A DNA stretch of 64,000 nucleotides from an uncultured Alphaproteobacteria bacterium (GCA_944391315.1 CALXTD010000004.1:3973-67972), one strand, 5' to 3'. Shown: positions 40,368 through 50,066, counted from the stretch's first letter. Program-made: numbers and translations. Notes: generated from the letters alone by a model not told the origin.

Positions 40368-41477
40368 ATGTCAAATAATAAAGAGCTTTCACAAGAAGAT
40401 GTTAGCCGTTTGGAGCTTAATCCTTCTGCTGAAAATAAAATTATTACCGTGAATAAGCTTTCTTCACTTTATAGTCAACCTAATTTGACTTTGCGCGAAA
40501 GAAAGCTGGCTGAAGATATTTTCCGTATTATGGTGGAAGATGTTGAGGTTAAAGTACGGCAGATATTGTCTGAATGCTTAAAAAACGCAAAAGATATTCC
40601 TCATGATTTGGTTAAAAAACTTATTTCTGACGAAAACAGCGTTTCTATTCCGTTCATTAAATATTATCAAGGGCTGAGCGATGCTGAGTTGATAGATATT
40701 ATTAATGCTCAAAATATTGACAAGCAAAAAGCCGTGGCTCAGCGCCGCAATTTGTCAAATGAAGTTTCGGGCTATATTGTTGATTATTGTCCGGAAGATG
40801 TTGTGGTTACACTTATTTCTAATAATTCAGCGAATATTCTTGAAAATACTTTTCAAAAGATTATTACAAAATATGATCATAATGAAACGATTAATCGTTG
40901 TTTGGTTTATCGCGAAGAACTGCCGGTTACCGTTATTGCAAAGATTTTGAATTCTTTGTCCGAAGACTTGAAGAAGCGTTTGATTTTGAAGCATAATCTT
41001 CCGGTTGATTTTGCAACTGACATTATTGAGGAAGTTAAAGAAAAAGTTACGCTTAAAGTTTCGGCTGAATATAGTACAGATAAGCAAGTAGAAGCCTTGG
41101 TTCATGAGCTTTATGCTTCTAATAAATTGACGCCTTCTTTGGTTGTTCGCTCAATTTGCATGGGTGATTTGAAGTTTTTTGAATATGCGATTGTTTATCT
41201 TTCAAATACGCCGATTGTTGAGGTTCGCAAAATCTTGTTCAATACACAGCTTGATTTTGTGGTTCGTAATCTGCTTCGTAAAGCCTTTATTCCGAAGAAC
41301 TTTTTTCCGGCTGTTTTTAGCGCGCTGAAGGTTATTAAGGAAATTCGCTTTGATTTGCGTAATAGCAGTAATCAGACCTTTACACACAAGGTTATTGAGC
41401 GAATCTTGTCTTATGCTAATGTTGATGAAGAGTTGGATAAAAAAGATATTGAATATCTTATCTCAAAAATTAATTGA
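40368..41477 (+). CDS. Conserved hypothetical, DUF2336-like helical repeat protein
   Basis: 369-aa all-helical ORF; resembles the alphaproteobacterial DUF2336 family from memory. Confidence 0.5.
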   Translation: MSNNKELSQEDVSRLELNPSAENKIITVNKLSSLYSQPNLTLRERKLAEDIFRIMVEDVEVKVRQILSECLKNAKDIPHDLVKKLISDENSVSIPFIKYYQGLSDAELIDIINAQNIDKQKAVAQRRNLSNEVSGYIVDYCPEDVVVTLISNNSANILENTFQKIITKYDHNETINRCLVYREELPVTVIAKILNSLSEDLKKRLILKHNLPVDFATDIIEEVKEKVTLKVSAEYSTDKQVEALVHELYASNKLTPSLVVRSICMGDLKFFEYAIVYLSNTPIVEVRKILFNTQLDFVVRNLLRKAFIPKNFFPAVFSALKVIKEIRFDLRNSSNQTFTHKVIERILSYANVDEELDKKDIEYLISKIN

Positions 41478-41515
41478 AAGCACCGGCTGGCTTCTTAGAT
41501 GCTTGTCTTAAATAT

Positions 41516-41568
41516 AAAAATAAGCTGCGGCGTTCATTTTTTTAGGTGACGCGGCAGCTTATTTTTTT
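41516..41568 (+). terminator. Terminator-like hairpin
   Basis: AAATAAGCTGCGGCG..loop..CGCGGCAGCTTATTTTTTT. Confidence 0.5.
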
Positions 41569-41791
41569 AGGCTTGGGAGGATAAAGTATTTTTATAATGC
41601 GGGGCGCGATATGTGAAAATACCCATAAGACACCATGCTCCGACATAAACTAATCCAATCCATAAGTTCCAAGAAAATAACAATACGCTGATTGTTGCAA
41701 CTATTAAAACAAGCAGCAAAGTGTAAAGAAATGTTTTCATAATATGTAAAATTATAGTGTTTAGAACTGGAGAATACAATATTTTTGACAA
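41567..41791 (-). CDS. Possible small 2-TM membrane protein
   Basis: Hydrophobic LLLVLIVATISVLLF and IGLVYVGAWCLMGIF; likelier start MKTF at 41740; weak support. Confidence 0.35.
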   Translation of the reverse strand: MSKILYSPVLNTIILHIMKTFLYTLLLVLIVATISVLLFSWNLWIGLVYVGAWCLMGIFTYRAPHYKNTLSSQA

Positions 41792-41807
41792 AATGCAAGC
41801 TTTTTGT

Positions 41808-42461
41808 TTAAATTAATTTATTTATTTCTGCGCGGAGCTCTTCCAGTCCGATGTTTTTTTCAGAGCTGGTGGCAATAATTTCATTGTATGCGGCAGCGTG
41901 ATTTTTGACTTCGTTCAATATGCTTGTTTCTTGATTCTTTAGTGCTTTGAAGCTTATTTTATCCACTTTAGTTAAAACAATTTGGTAAGTTACGGCAGCT
42001 TTGTCGAGCATTTCCATGACTTCTTTATCAACCTTTTTTAGGCCGTGGCGTGAATCGATAAGCAAAAATACGCGCCTTAGATTTACTCTGCCTCTGAGAT
42101 AGTCAAATATGAGTTTTTGCCATTGTTTTACCAAACTTTCCGGAGCCTCAGCATAGCCATAGCCGGGGAGGTCAACAACATGAATTTTATTGTTGAGATT
42201 AAAGTAATTCAGCTGTTGGGTTCTTCCGGGAGTGCTTGATGTTTTTGCCAATTTTTTTTGATTAAAAAGGGCGTTTATAAGGCTTGATTTGCCGACATTA
42301 GAGCGGCCAGCAAAGGCGATTTCTTCAAGCTCGGATAAGGGAAGCTGCGACAGATTGGCAACGCTTAAGACAAAGCTTACGGGCTCTTTGAACAGAGCAT
42401 TGCCGGCGGCTTTTTCTTCCGGTGTAAATCTGTCGCGCGTTTCTTCCATTTTAGACTCCAT
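41808..42461 (-). CDS. engB: Ribosome biogenesis GTPase EngB/YihA
   Basis: G1 AGRSNVGKSSLINAL; G3 DLPGYGYA; TKVDK. Confidence 0.93.
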   Translation of the reverse strand: MESKMEETRDRFTPEEKAAGNALFKEPVSFVLSVANLSQLPLSELEEIAFAGRSNVGKSSLINALFNQKKLAKTSSTPGRTQQLNYFNLNNKIHVVDLPGYGYAEAPESLVKQWQKLIFDYLRGRVNLRRVFLLIDSRHGLKKVDKEVMEMLDKAAVTYQIVLTKVDKISFKALKNQETSILNEVKNHAAAYNEIIATSSEKNIGLEELRAEINKLI

Positions 42462-44136
42462 ATTTTCTCATTATCAGTTTTTGCTGGATGATGGACAAGA
42501 TATTGGTCAAGGTCCAATAGATAACCAATCCGGATGCAAAATGTCCGAGCATGAAGGTAAAGATTATCGGAAGCCATGTGAATATGCGAGCCTGATCTTT
42601 GTTCATCGGGGCCGGATTTAGTTTTTGTTGAATATACATGGTTAAGCCCATGATAATCGGCCAAACACCGATGTTCAGCAAGCTTGGAATCGGTAAATGC
42701 GACCAAACCGAAATTGTCAGAGGATCCGGTGCTGACAAGTCTTTTATCCAGCCGATGAATGGTGCATGACGAATTTCAATAGCGATATTCAAAACTTTAT
42801 ACAGAGAGAAGAATACCGGTATTTGTATTAACAGCGGCAAGCAACCGGCAGCCGGATTTATCTTTTCTTTGCGATAAAGAGCCATGGTTTCTTGCTGGAG
42901 TTTCATTTTGTCATCGCCATAGCGTTCTTGCAGGGTTTGAATCTTTGGCTGCAATTTCTTCATCTTTGACATGCTCTCATAAGATTTGCCGGCAATCGGG
43001 TACATGGCAATTCTCAACAAGGCTGCAAACAGCAGGATTGCCCAGCCCATGTTGCCAATCAAATTGTATAAAAAGTCAAGAATGTAGAAAAACGGCTTGG
43101 TTAAGAAGTAGTACCAGCCAAAGTCTACGGCTAGGTCAAATTTTGGAATATTGTAGTGATTTTTGTAATCATCAAGCAACTTGATTTCTTTTGCACCGGC
43201 AAAAAACTTAATGTTTTTGGTGGCAACAGCGCCTTGAGCGATTTTGGTTGCTTCTCCAAGGTAGTCGACTTGATATGATTTTTCATTATTGCGACGGGTT
43301 TTGACGGTGTTTTTTTCGCTGCCATCCAAGATAAAGGCGCTGAACCAATAGCGGTCAGAGAAGCCGGCCCAGCCGTTGGCTGTGGTGAATTTTTCGCTTT
43401 CTCCGGGGTCTAGGTCACTGAATTTTATTTCATGAAGGTTGTTGTCCAAAACGCCGGTGATGCCTTGGTGCACTACGGCATTTGAACTTGCATCTTGATC
43501 CGGACTATGGGTAATTAAGCCATAAGGATAGAGCGTTATATCTTTATTAGAGTTGTTTTCAACGCTGTCAGCAATGGAAAACATATAATTTTTATCAAGG
43601 GTGATGGTGCGAACAAATCTTAACCCTTGTCCATTGTTCCATTCCAAAACAATCGGGCTGTCAGGGGTGAGTTCTTTGCCTTTTACCTGCCAGATGGTTT
43701 TGCTGTTAGGGACACGGACGCCGGCCTGTGTGCTCAACCAGCCGAACTCGGCAAAGTAGGGGCTTTTGGTTTGTGCCGGTGTTAAGAGCTCTACGTCGGG
43801 GCTGTCCGGTGATAAAGTTTGTTTGTATTTATCAAGCATTAAATCATCAAAACGAGCACCTTCAACACGGATTGAGCCTTTAACCGCGGCGTTGCTGATT
43901 TTTATTCTTGGGTTTTGTTGCAAGACTTGCTCAACCGGATAGATTTCCTCTTCGGCAGAAAAGGTGTTTGCAGCTATTGGTTCTTGCTTTTCAGAGATGA
44001 CTGCATTTGTTTGTGCTTCTGCGGCAGGAGCCGGTTGTTCCGGTTGCGGAAATAGGTAGCGGCTGGCAATAATGACCAATGCGCAGAGGATGGTTGCCAG
44101 TATTATTCCTTTGGTGTTATTTTCTTCATCGTACAT
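42451..44136 (-). CDS. yidC: Membrane protein insertase YidC
   Basis: 561 aa; GWAILLFAALLRIAMYPI..KMKKLQPK..; C-terminal Oxa1 core; operon position. Confidence 0.95.
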   Translation of the reverse strand: MYDEENNTKGIILATILCALVIIASRYLFPQPEQPAPAAEAQTNAVISEKQEPIAANTFSAEEEIYPVEQVLQQNPRIKISNAAVKGSIRVEGARFDDLMLDKYKQTLSPDSPDVELLTPAQTKSPYFAEFGWLSTQAGVRVPNSKTIWQVKGKELTPDSPIVLEWNNGQGLRFVRTITLDKNYMFSIADSVENNSNKDITLYPYGLITHSPDQDASSNAVVHQGITGVLDNNLHEIKFSDLDPGESEKFTTANGWAGFSDRYWFSAFILDGSEKNTVKTRRNNEKSYQVDYLGEATKIAQGAVATKNIKFFAGAKEIKLLDDYKNHYNIPKFDLAVDFGWYYFLTKPFFYILDFLYNLIGNMGWAILLFAALLRIAMYPIAGKSYESMSKMKKLQPKIQTLQERYGDDKMKLQQETMALYRKEKINPAAGCLPLLIQIPVFFSLYKVLNIAIEIRHAPFIGWIKDLSAPDPLTISVWSHLPIPSLLNIGVWPIIMGLTMYIQQKLNPAPMNKDQARIFTWLPIIFTFMLGHFASGLVIYWTLTNILSIIQQKLIMRKYGV

Positions 44137-44219
44137 TAAAATAGCTCCGTTTTGATGAATTTGTTATATTCTAGAATCTGTTTTGAAATTTAATCTATAT
44201 TTCTAAGAAACGCAAGGGT

Positions 44220-44483
44220 TTAATCTTGTTTTTGCTTTTTTGGGGGGACGGGGTCGTATCCTTGACCGCCCCAAGGGTGACAACGCAGTATTCTTTTGGT
44301 GCCGAGCCATAGGCCTTTGATTATACCATGGGTTTGGATGGCTTCAATCATATATTGTGAGCAGGTTGGGCGATAGCGGCATACGCCGGGGAAAAACGGT
44401 GATATATACCTTTGATAAAGTTTAATCAGGATTATCAGAAGAAATTTCAGAAGTTGAGTCAGCAAGCTTTTCAGTGTTTGCAT
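44220..44483 (-). CDS. yidD: Membrane protein insertion efficiency factor YidD
   Basis: [32 protein letters not shown]...[17 protein letters not shown]; start 44483 (or 44516) overlaps rnpA end. Confidence 0.9.
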   Translation of the reverse strand: MQTLKSLLTQLLKFLLIILIKLYQRYISPFFPGVCRYRPTCSQYMIEAIQTHGIIKGLWLGTKRILRCHPWGGQGYDPVPPKKQKQD

Positions 44484-44844
44484 TATTTTTTTCTTCTTTG
44501 AGGCTGAGTTTTGCAAGTTTTTTTAATCCCCATTTTAGGTCTTGGCAGAGGTCTTTGTATGGGCAATCGGCGGTATTATAGCGTCCGATTAATACATAGG
44601 TATTATTCATTTGTGCTGATTGCGGAAATATCTCTCTTACGGCAGCTCTTAAGCGGCGGCGCGCTCGATTGCGAACATGGGCTTTGCCGATTTTTTTTGT
44701 GGTGGTATAGCCGACAAAAACGTTTTGTTGCTCTGGTGATAAATTTTGAGCCGCCTGCAAGATGACTGTAGATGTTACCACCCTTAGTCCCTTGTTGGCG
44801 ACTCTGACGAAATCTTTACGTTTTTTTAGTGTTAAAATTTCCAT
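44422..44844 (-). CDS. rnpA: RNase P protein component
   Basis: ATG 44844 ([12 protein letters not shown]); [20 protein letters not shown] motif; track ORF start 44892 would overlap rpmH. Confidence 0.9.
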   Translation of the reverse strand: MEILTLKKRKDFVRVANKGLRVVTSTVILQAAQNLSPEQQNVFVGYTTTKKIGKAHVRNRARRRLRAAVREIFPQSAQMNNTYVLIGRYNTADCPYKDLCQDLKWGLKKLAKLSLKEEKNNANTEKLADSTSEISSDNPD

Positions 44845-44860
44845 TTGCTTGGCGATTGCT

Positions 44861-44995
44861 CTAAGCTGAAATTTTAGCACGTCCTCTAGCACGGCGCGCT
44901 GCTAATACTTTGCGTCCGTTTTTGGTGGCCATGCGTGCACGGAAGCCGTGACGGCGAGCTCTTACCAATTTACTTGGCTGATAGGTACGTTTCAT
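44861..44995 (-). CDS. rpmH: 50S ribosomal protein L34 (44 aa, not in ORF track)
   Basis: Manual translation of minus strand: [44 protein letters not shown]; upstream of rnpA. Confidence 0.93.
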   Translation of the reverse strand: MKRTYQPSKLVRARRHGFRARMATKNGRKVLAARRARGRAKISA

Positions 44996-45125
44996 TTCAT
45001 TTCTCCGGTTAAATGCGAGGCTTGTGCCTCTGGTTATTTATTTTTAGTTAAGCTCAGGTTTCTGAGCCTCGGAAACGCCTAATTTATAATGGGTTATTCT
45101 TTGATTGTCAAGAAAAAACTCTTTG

Positions 45126-45160
45126 CAAAAATAAAGACCGGAAATCCGGTCTTTATTTGG
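45126..45160 (-). terminator. Terminator of the BI-1 family gene
   Basis: AAATAAAGACCGG-AAAT-CCGGTCTTTATTT with T-run on minus strand. Confidence 0.75.
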
Positions 45161-45169
45161 TTTTTATGT

Positions 45170-45895
45170 TTAGCGGCGGTCACCAAACAGGCGAAGCAAC
45201 GCAATGAACATATTGATGAAGTCAAGGTAGAGCGCTAAAGCTCCGGCAATGGCTTTTTTGGTGTAACTGTCAGAAGAATCTCCTTCAAAATACATTTGAC
45301 GAATCTTCTGCGTGTCGTAGGCTGTTAAACCAGTAAAAGCAATAACAGCTAAGATAGACAAGGCATAAGACAAGCCAGGGCTTTGCATGAATATATTTAC
45401 GATAGAGGCAATGACAATTCCCCAAACGCCCATAATTAAGAAAGAGCCCATAGCTGTTAAATCTTTTTTAGTGGTGTAGCCGTATAAGCTCATTGACCCA
45501 AACATGGCGGCCGTAATCAAAAAGATACGAGCAACGCTGGCGCCGGTATACATCATCAATGTCGGAGCGAGAGAAATTCCCATTACGGCAGAAAATCCCC
45601 AGAACAGTCCTTGAACCTGACGGCTGGTGCCTTTGACCAAAACCCAGTTAAAAGCAAAAACCATAATCAGCGGGGCAAACAAAATTATCCAGCCTAAGCC
45701 TGACATGCCGGTGGCATAGCCTTGGGCATTAAAGCTGAAAAACATTTTTAACAATGAAGGTGAATTTAATAACACATAAGAGGCCAATGCCGTAACAGCA
45801 AGTCCTCCGGCCATGAAATTATATACTTTAAGCATATAGGTTCGTAAGCCTTCGTCAATAACCGAACGGGCCTGGGTGTTGGTGTTTTCTATCAT
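45170..45895 (-). CDS. Bax inhibitor-1/YccA family membrane protein
   Basis: ATG 45895 preceded by AAGGAG; 7-TM layout; C-terminal ALALYLDFINMFIALLRLFG typical of the family. Confidence 0.85.
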   Translation of the reverse strand: MIENTNTQARSVIDEGLRTYMLKVYNFMAGGLAVTALASYVLLNSPSLLKMFFSFNAQGYATGMSGLGWIILFAPLIMVFAFNWVLVKGTSRQVQGLFWGFSAVMGISLAPTLMMYTGASVARIFLITAAMFGSMSLYGYTTKKDLTAMGSFLIMGVWGIVIASIVNIFMQSPGLSYALSILAVIAFTGLTAYDTQKIRQMYFEGDSSDSYTKKAIAGALALYLDFINMFIALLRLFGDRR

Positions 45896-45977
45896 TAATG
45901 TTTTCTCCTTTAGTATAAGGTGTTGTATGTTATTTATTTTTAATATAGGGTGTTTTTTTGCTAAAATCAATAGCGCA

Positions 45978-46688
45978 TTATTCGTAGCCGTATAACTCTT
46001 TTCCGTGCTCTTTTAGCCAGCGTTCTCCTTGTTCATAATCCGGACAAAGCTTGGCGACGCACTGCCAAAAGCTGCCCGAATGATTTTGATGTTTGAGGTG
46101 GGCCACCTCGTGTACCATTAGGTAGTTGATAACAAAGTCCGGGGCTAAGGATATGCGCCAATTGTAGTTCAAATTGTTTAGGCTTGAGCAACTTCCCCAG
46201 CGCGACTTGGTGTCTTTTATGGTGATATCATTTATTTCCTCGCCCAATTTCTTGGCGTATTTTTTTGAGCGTTTGTAAAATTCGTCTTTGGCCTTTTTTT
46301 TAATGAAGTCTTTAATGCGGCGATGCATGAATTCTTCTTCGCCAGAGACAAGGAGGTTTTCTCCTTCTATTTTGACGCCTAAGCGTCTTTCCGGAGCATG
46401 TTTTATTTCAAGGGCTTTGCCAAACAGGCTTATTTTTTCACCATTAAAAAACAAGCGTCGTTCGGGGAGCTTTTGCAGGGTTGTTTTTACCCATTCTTCA
46501 TGATTTTTGATAAATTCAAAGGCTTTTTTTTGACTGCAATAGCGCGGAAGTGTCAGGACAACAATTCTTTCCTTGCTGTCTATTCTCAAGGTTAGTTTTT
46601 TGGCTCGGGCTGACTTGTTGACCTTTAGCGGAAAGTCAAATTCTTGCTCGAGGTTATAGGTCTTGCCAGTCAATAATGTAATTTTCAT
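45978..46688 (-). CDS. YgjP-like zinc metallopeptidase (DUF45/M48 superfamily)
   Basis: HExxH in LMVHEVAHLKHQNHS; N-terminal FPLKVNKSARAKKLTLRI typical of YgjP. Confidence 0.8.
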   Translation of the reverse strand: MKITLLTGKTYNLEQEFDFPLKVNKSARAKKLTLRIDSKERIVVLTLPRYCSQKKAFEFIKNHEEWVKTTLQKLPERRLFFNGEKISLFGKALEIKHAPERRLGVKIEGENLLVSGEEEFMHRRIKDFIKKKAKDEFYKRSKKYAKKLGEEINDITIKDTKSRWGSCSSLNNLNYNWRISLAPDFVINYLMVHEVAHLKHQNHSGSFWQCVAKLCPDYEQGERWLKEHGKELYGYE

Positions 46689-47166
46689 AGTCTTCTATTC
46701 CTGTTTCCGAAACCGTGTTGCGGTTGCGAATCGACATTTGTGCCTCATGAACGGTATCTGCTCGTCCGGTTAGCAGTGGGTGCCAGTCAGGGAGAGGGTG
46801 ACCGTTGTCTAACAGCCAATAGGCGCAGGTCTTGGGCAACCACCGCGGTTTTTCGCGAATCGCCGCAAGGTCAATGTCTCGGCAGTCAGAGACTTTTTCA
46901 AAGCGGTGTTCGTAGATTTTGCAGAGGCAGTTTTGGCAATCTAAAAAGCGGCAGCGGGTGTTGGTGAACTTGATTTTTCCCTTAATTTCGATTTTGTTCA
47001 AGCAGCATTTGCCGCAGCCGTCACAGAGAAGCTCCCATTCTTCTTTGCTCATGTCTTCGAGTTTTTTCTTTTCCCAAAAGCGGGTGGCAATCAGCTTTTG
47101 ATTGTTGAAACGGGTTTGCGGCGAAAAAGCCTCTTCTTCAAGCGGGTAGTCTTTGTTGTTTGCCAT
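46654..47166 (-). CDS. ycgN: YcgN (UPF0260) family Cys-cluster protein, long paralog (170 aa)
   Basis: FWEKKKLEDMSKEEWELLCDGCGKCCLNK..TCAYWLL..G..LPDWHPLLTG..IDWQDL parallels E. coli YcgN as I recall it. Confidence 0.8.
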   Translation of the reverse strand: MANNKDYPLEEEAFSPQTRFNNQKLIATRFWEKKKLEDMSKEEWELLCDGCGKCCLNKIEIKGKIKFTNTRCRFLDCQNCLCKIYEHRFEKVSDCRDIDLAAIREKPRWLPKTCAYWLLDNGHPLPDWHPLLTGRADTVHEAQMSIRNRNTVSETGIEDYENYIIDWQDL

Positions 47167-47558
47167 TATAGGTCATCCCAATCAACAATATGGTCTTCAA
47201 GCTCGTTTTCAGAGACTTCCGTTTCAGATATGCAGCGGCCTTTGATGCTGCTGAAAGGTGCAGGTTCACGCCCTTCGGCAAGGCGGCGATAGGCACAACT
47301 ATCCGGCATCCAGCTGATGTTTTTGATATTGTCTTTGGTGAGTTTTAAACATTCAGGGACAAGCTCACAGCGGTTTTCGTATACAGAGCAACGTCCATGC
47401 TCTTGGTCATAATATTTGCAGACAATGTCGGTATAAAAGATTTCTTCCGTTTCATCGTCTTGGAGTTTTAGCAAGCAGCATTTGCCGCAGTGGGTACAAA
47501 TGTTTTCCCATTCTTTTTCGGTATAGTCTTCAAGTTTTTTGGACAAGGTCTTTCTCAC
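47166..47558 (-). CDS. YcgN (UPF0260) family Cys-cluster protein, short paralog (130 aa)
   Basis: EKEWENICTHCGKCCLLK..SCAYRRLAEG..VDWDDL; stop overlaps next start (TAATG). Confidence 0.75.
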   Translation of the reverse strand: MRKTLSKKLEDYTEKEWENICTHCGKCCLLKLQDDETEEIFYTDIVCKYYDQEHGRCSVYENRCELVPECLKLTKDNIKNISWMPDSCAYRRLAEGREPAPFSSIKGRCISETEVSENELEDHIVDWDDL

Positions 47559-47619
47559 TTTAATCTTTTTGTAAGTAACTTGCGCTATAATAGCATTGTT
47601 TTGATAAAGGGGAAGAAAA

Positions 47620-47931
47620 ATGTTTAAATGGCTGGCGAATTTAATTATTAAAACTCCGATTCAAGGAACTTGTTCTTGCTGTGAGGCTAAAAAAGAGCGC
47701 TTGCGTCAGATGCAGAAGGTTATTTTGAACGAAGAAAATCCGAATCCGGAAATAGATGAGGATTCTTCTTGCTCAGGCTGTTGTTCTTGCTCGAAACCGG
47801 AAGCCACCCCTTATGAAGGGCTAAACCTTTCGTCTTCGATGCAGGGGCGATTTGAGTTTAATCAAGAAAGCGGCATGTTTAAACGCACGGTTGAGTATTC
47901 GACCGAACAGGATGATAAGTCCGCTGATTAG
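47620..47931 (+). CDS. Small Cys-cluster hypothetical protein (103 aa)
   Basis: RBS GGGGAAG upstream; clusters CSCCE and SSCSGCCSCS; acidic tail; no family recognised. Confidence 0.5.
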   Translation: MFKWLANLIIKTPIQGTCSCCEAKKERLRQMQKVILNEENPNPEIDEDSSCSGCCSCSKPEATPYEGLNLSSSMQGRFEFNQESGMFKRTVEYSTEQDDKSAD

Positions 47932-48000
47932 CATATAACAAACGCGGAAAAACATCAGCCCGAAAATTATCAGTGTATTTTTGATTTCGCTCATTTGGGG

Positions 48001-49482
48001 TTAACCTATTTGGTCAGGAAGGTTTTCTTCTCTGATTAGGTTGCCGAACTGGGCAAATTCGCCATTCCAGAAGAGCTGAACCGTGCCGGTTGGGCCGTGA
48101 CGCTGCTTTCCGATGATAACTTCACCAATGTTTTCGGTTTTTCTGATTCTGGTCTCCCATTCTTCTACGCGGTTTTGGAAGTGTTCGGGTGTTTCTCCGG
48201 CGTGTTGTTTGGGTTCTTCGTTTTTAATATAATAGTTTTCGCGGAAAACAAACATAACGATATCAGCATCTTGCTCGATAGAGCCTGATTCTCTCAAGTC
48301 GGACATAACCGGACGTTTGTCGTCTCGTTGTTCAACACCGCGGTTTAATTGTGACAAGGCTATTACCGGAACGTTTAATTCCTTAGCTAAAATCTTTAAA
48401 CCACGGGAAATTTCAGAAAGTTCTTGCACGCGGTTGCCTTCGTTCTTTTTATTGCCGCTGCCGCTAATTAATTGGATATAGTCGATGACGATTAAGCCAA
48501 GTCCTTTATTGCGTTTTAGACGGCGGGCGCGGGTGCGAATCGTGTTTATGTTTACCCCAGGGGAATCATCAATGTATAACGGAATATTTTCCAGCTCGCG
48601 GACACCGGCGGCGACTCTGATGAACTCAGATTCTTCAAGTTCTCCGGTTCTCATTTTGTGGCTGCTGGTTTGGGTTACCGTTGATAAGATACGGCTGGCT
48701 AACTGGTCGGCAGACATTTCCAGTGAGAAAAAGGCGACTCCGCGATTTTTAGGATCGACTTCGCTTTCTTTGGCTCGGCTCATATATTCGGCAACATTAA
48801 AAGCAATGTTGGTGGCCAATGCGGTTTTTCCCATTGCAGGACGGCCAGCTAAGATGATTAAGTCTGAGTTATTCAGTCCGCCGGTTTTGGCGTCAAGAGC
48901 GTCTAATCCGGTAGGCAAACCTGATAATTTGCCTTCTTTTTGATAGGCTTGTTCAATTAAACTTAAGGAGTTGGTTAAAGCCTCACCGAATGAGACAAAG
49001 CCGCCGTTAATATCTCCTTGATTAGACAATTCAAATAAGCGTTTTTCGGCTTGTTCTATTTGAGTGTTGGCGTCGCTGTCAAGGTCTTCTTCCATGGCAG
49101 AGTTTACAATGTCGTACCCTGTGGCGATCAGTTCTCTTCTTAGATATTTGTCATAAATAAATTGTCCATAGTATTCGACATTTGTTAAAGGAGAGGCGCT
49201 GTCTGCTAATTTTAACAAGTATTTGTGGCCGCCGACTTCGTTTAGGCTGCCTTCTTGTTCAAAGTAGTTTTTTAGGGTGATGACGTCGGCAATGTGACCT
49301 CTTTGTATTAGCTTTGAGATGACCTCAAATATCTTTGCATGGATTGAATCAGCAAAGTGAAAGGGTTTTAAGTATTCGGAGACTTTTTCAAAGGCTTTGT
49401 TATTGACCAATATTGCACCGAGAAGCGCTTGTTCAGCTTCTAAGTTTTGCGGCAATACAGCGTTATCAGGTTTTGTCTCCAT
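48001..49482 (-). CDS. dnaB: Replicative DNA helicase DnaB
   Basis: LPQNLEAEQALLGAIL; Walker A GRPAMGKTALA; VIALSQLNR; no intein-sized insertion. Confidence 0.97.
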   Translation of the reverse strand: METKPDNAVLPQNLEAEQALLGAILVNNKAFEKVSEYLKPFHFADSIHAKIFEVISKLIQRGHIADVITLKNYFEQEGSLNEVGGHKYLLKLADSASPLTNVEYYGQFIYDKYLRRELIATGYDIVNSAMEEDLDSDANTQIEQAEKRLFELSNQGDINGGFVSFGEALTNSLSLIEQAYQKEGKLSGLPTGLDALDAKTGGLNNSDLIILAGRPAMGKTALATNIAFNVAEYMSRAKESEVDPKNRGVAFFSLEMSADQLASRILSTVTQTSSHKMRTGELEESEFIRVAAGVRELENIPLYIDDSPGVNINTIRTRARRLKRNKGLGLIVIDYIQLISGSGNKKNEGNRVQELSEISRGLKILAKELNVPVIALSQLNRGVEQRDDKRPVMSDLRESGSIEQDADIVMFVFRENYYIKNEEPKQHAGETPEHFQNRVEEWETRIRKTENIGEVIIGKQRHGPTGTVQLFWNGEFAQFGNLIREENLPDQIG

Positions 49483-49580
49483 TTATTTTGTCCTTAAGTT
49501 TTTTTAGTTCTGTCGTATGATGGCAAAAAAAATTTTTCTTGGCAATGCTTATTTTTTCTCCCCTTTGTGGATTGTGGGGA

Positions 49581-49611
49581 TAAAAAATCCCGCTCTCTGG
49601 TGAAAGCGGGG
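49581..49611 (-). terminator. Terminator after rpmB
   Basis: Minus strand CCCCGCT-TTCACCAGAG-AGCGGG followed by ATTTTTT. Confidence 0.7.
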
Positions 49612-49637
49612 TCAAACAATTTTCTAATTGTTTTAGA

Positions 49638-49913
49638 CTAAGCTTTGCTTATTTGCTTTTTGATTTTAACAGCTTCAGCAGAAAGTTTGCTGTTAGATGT
49701 TGATTCCAAATAAGCGTCTAAGCCGCCATTGTGCTCAATAGAACGCAATGTCTTAGAGCAAATTTTTAACTTAAATACTTTGCCAAGCTTTTCACTCAAA
49801 AGTGAAACAACCTGAAGATTCGGCAGAAAACGACGGCGGGTTTTGTTGTTTGCGTGGCTGACATTGTTGCCGCTCATTACGCCGGTGCCGCTGATTTCAC
49901 ATTTTTTTGACAT
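49638..49913 (-). CDS. rpmB: 50S ribosomal protein L28
   Basis: ATG 49913 after AAGGA; MSKKCEISGTGVMSGNNVSHANNKTRRRFLPNLQ. Confidence 0.93.
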   Translation of the reverse strand: MSKKCEISGTGVMSGNNVSHANNKTRRRFLPNLQVVSLLSEKLGKVFKLKICSKTLRSIEHNGGLDAYLESTSNSKLSAEAVKIKKQISKA

Positions 49914-50020
49914 GGTTTTTTCCTTAAATTTTCTTAACAAAACAAAAACTCGTTGCCTCTTAATAGACGCAAATTTGCTTAGAGTCAAGTGAAAAATTAT
50001 TATTTCTTGTTGTTTTTGCA

Positions 50021-50059
50021 AAAAAACAGCGTATTTCCGCTTTGGAAAATACGCTGTTT
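50021..50059 (-). terminator. Terminator of the 50067..50426 gene
   Basis: AAACAGCGTATTT..loop..AAATACGCTGTTT with flanking A/T runs. Confidence 0.7.
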
Positions 50060-50066
50060 GATGTTT

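Noticed and set aside
49566-49587. DnaA-box-like strings (TGTGGATTG, TGTGGGGATAA) upstream of dnaB, as a possible origin or DnaA-regulated promoter
   Set aside because: Each matches the TTATCCACA consensus only partially, or with an insertion. Only two are present and no AT-rich unwinding element sits beside them, so this is within chance expectation.
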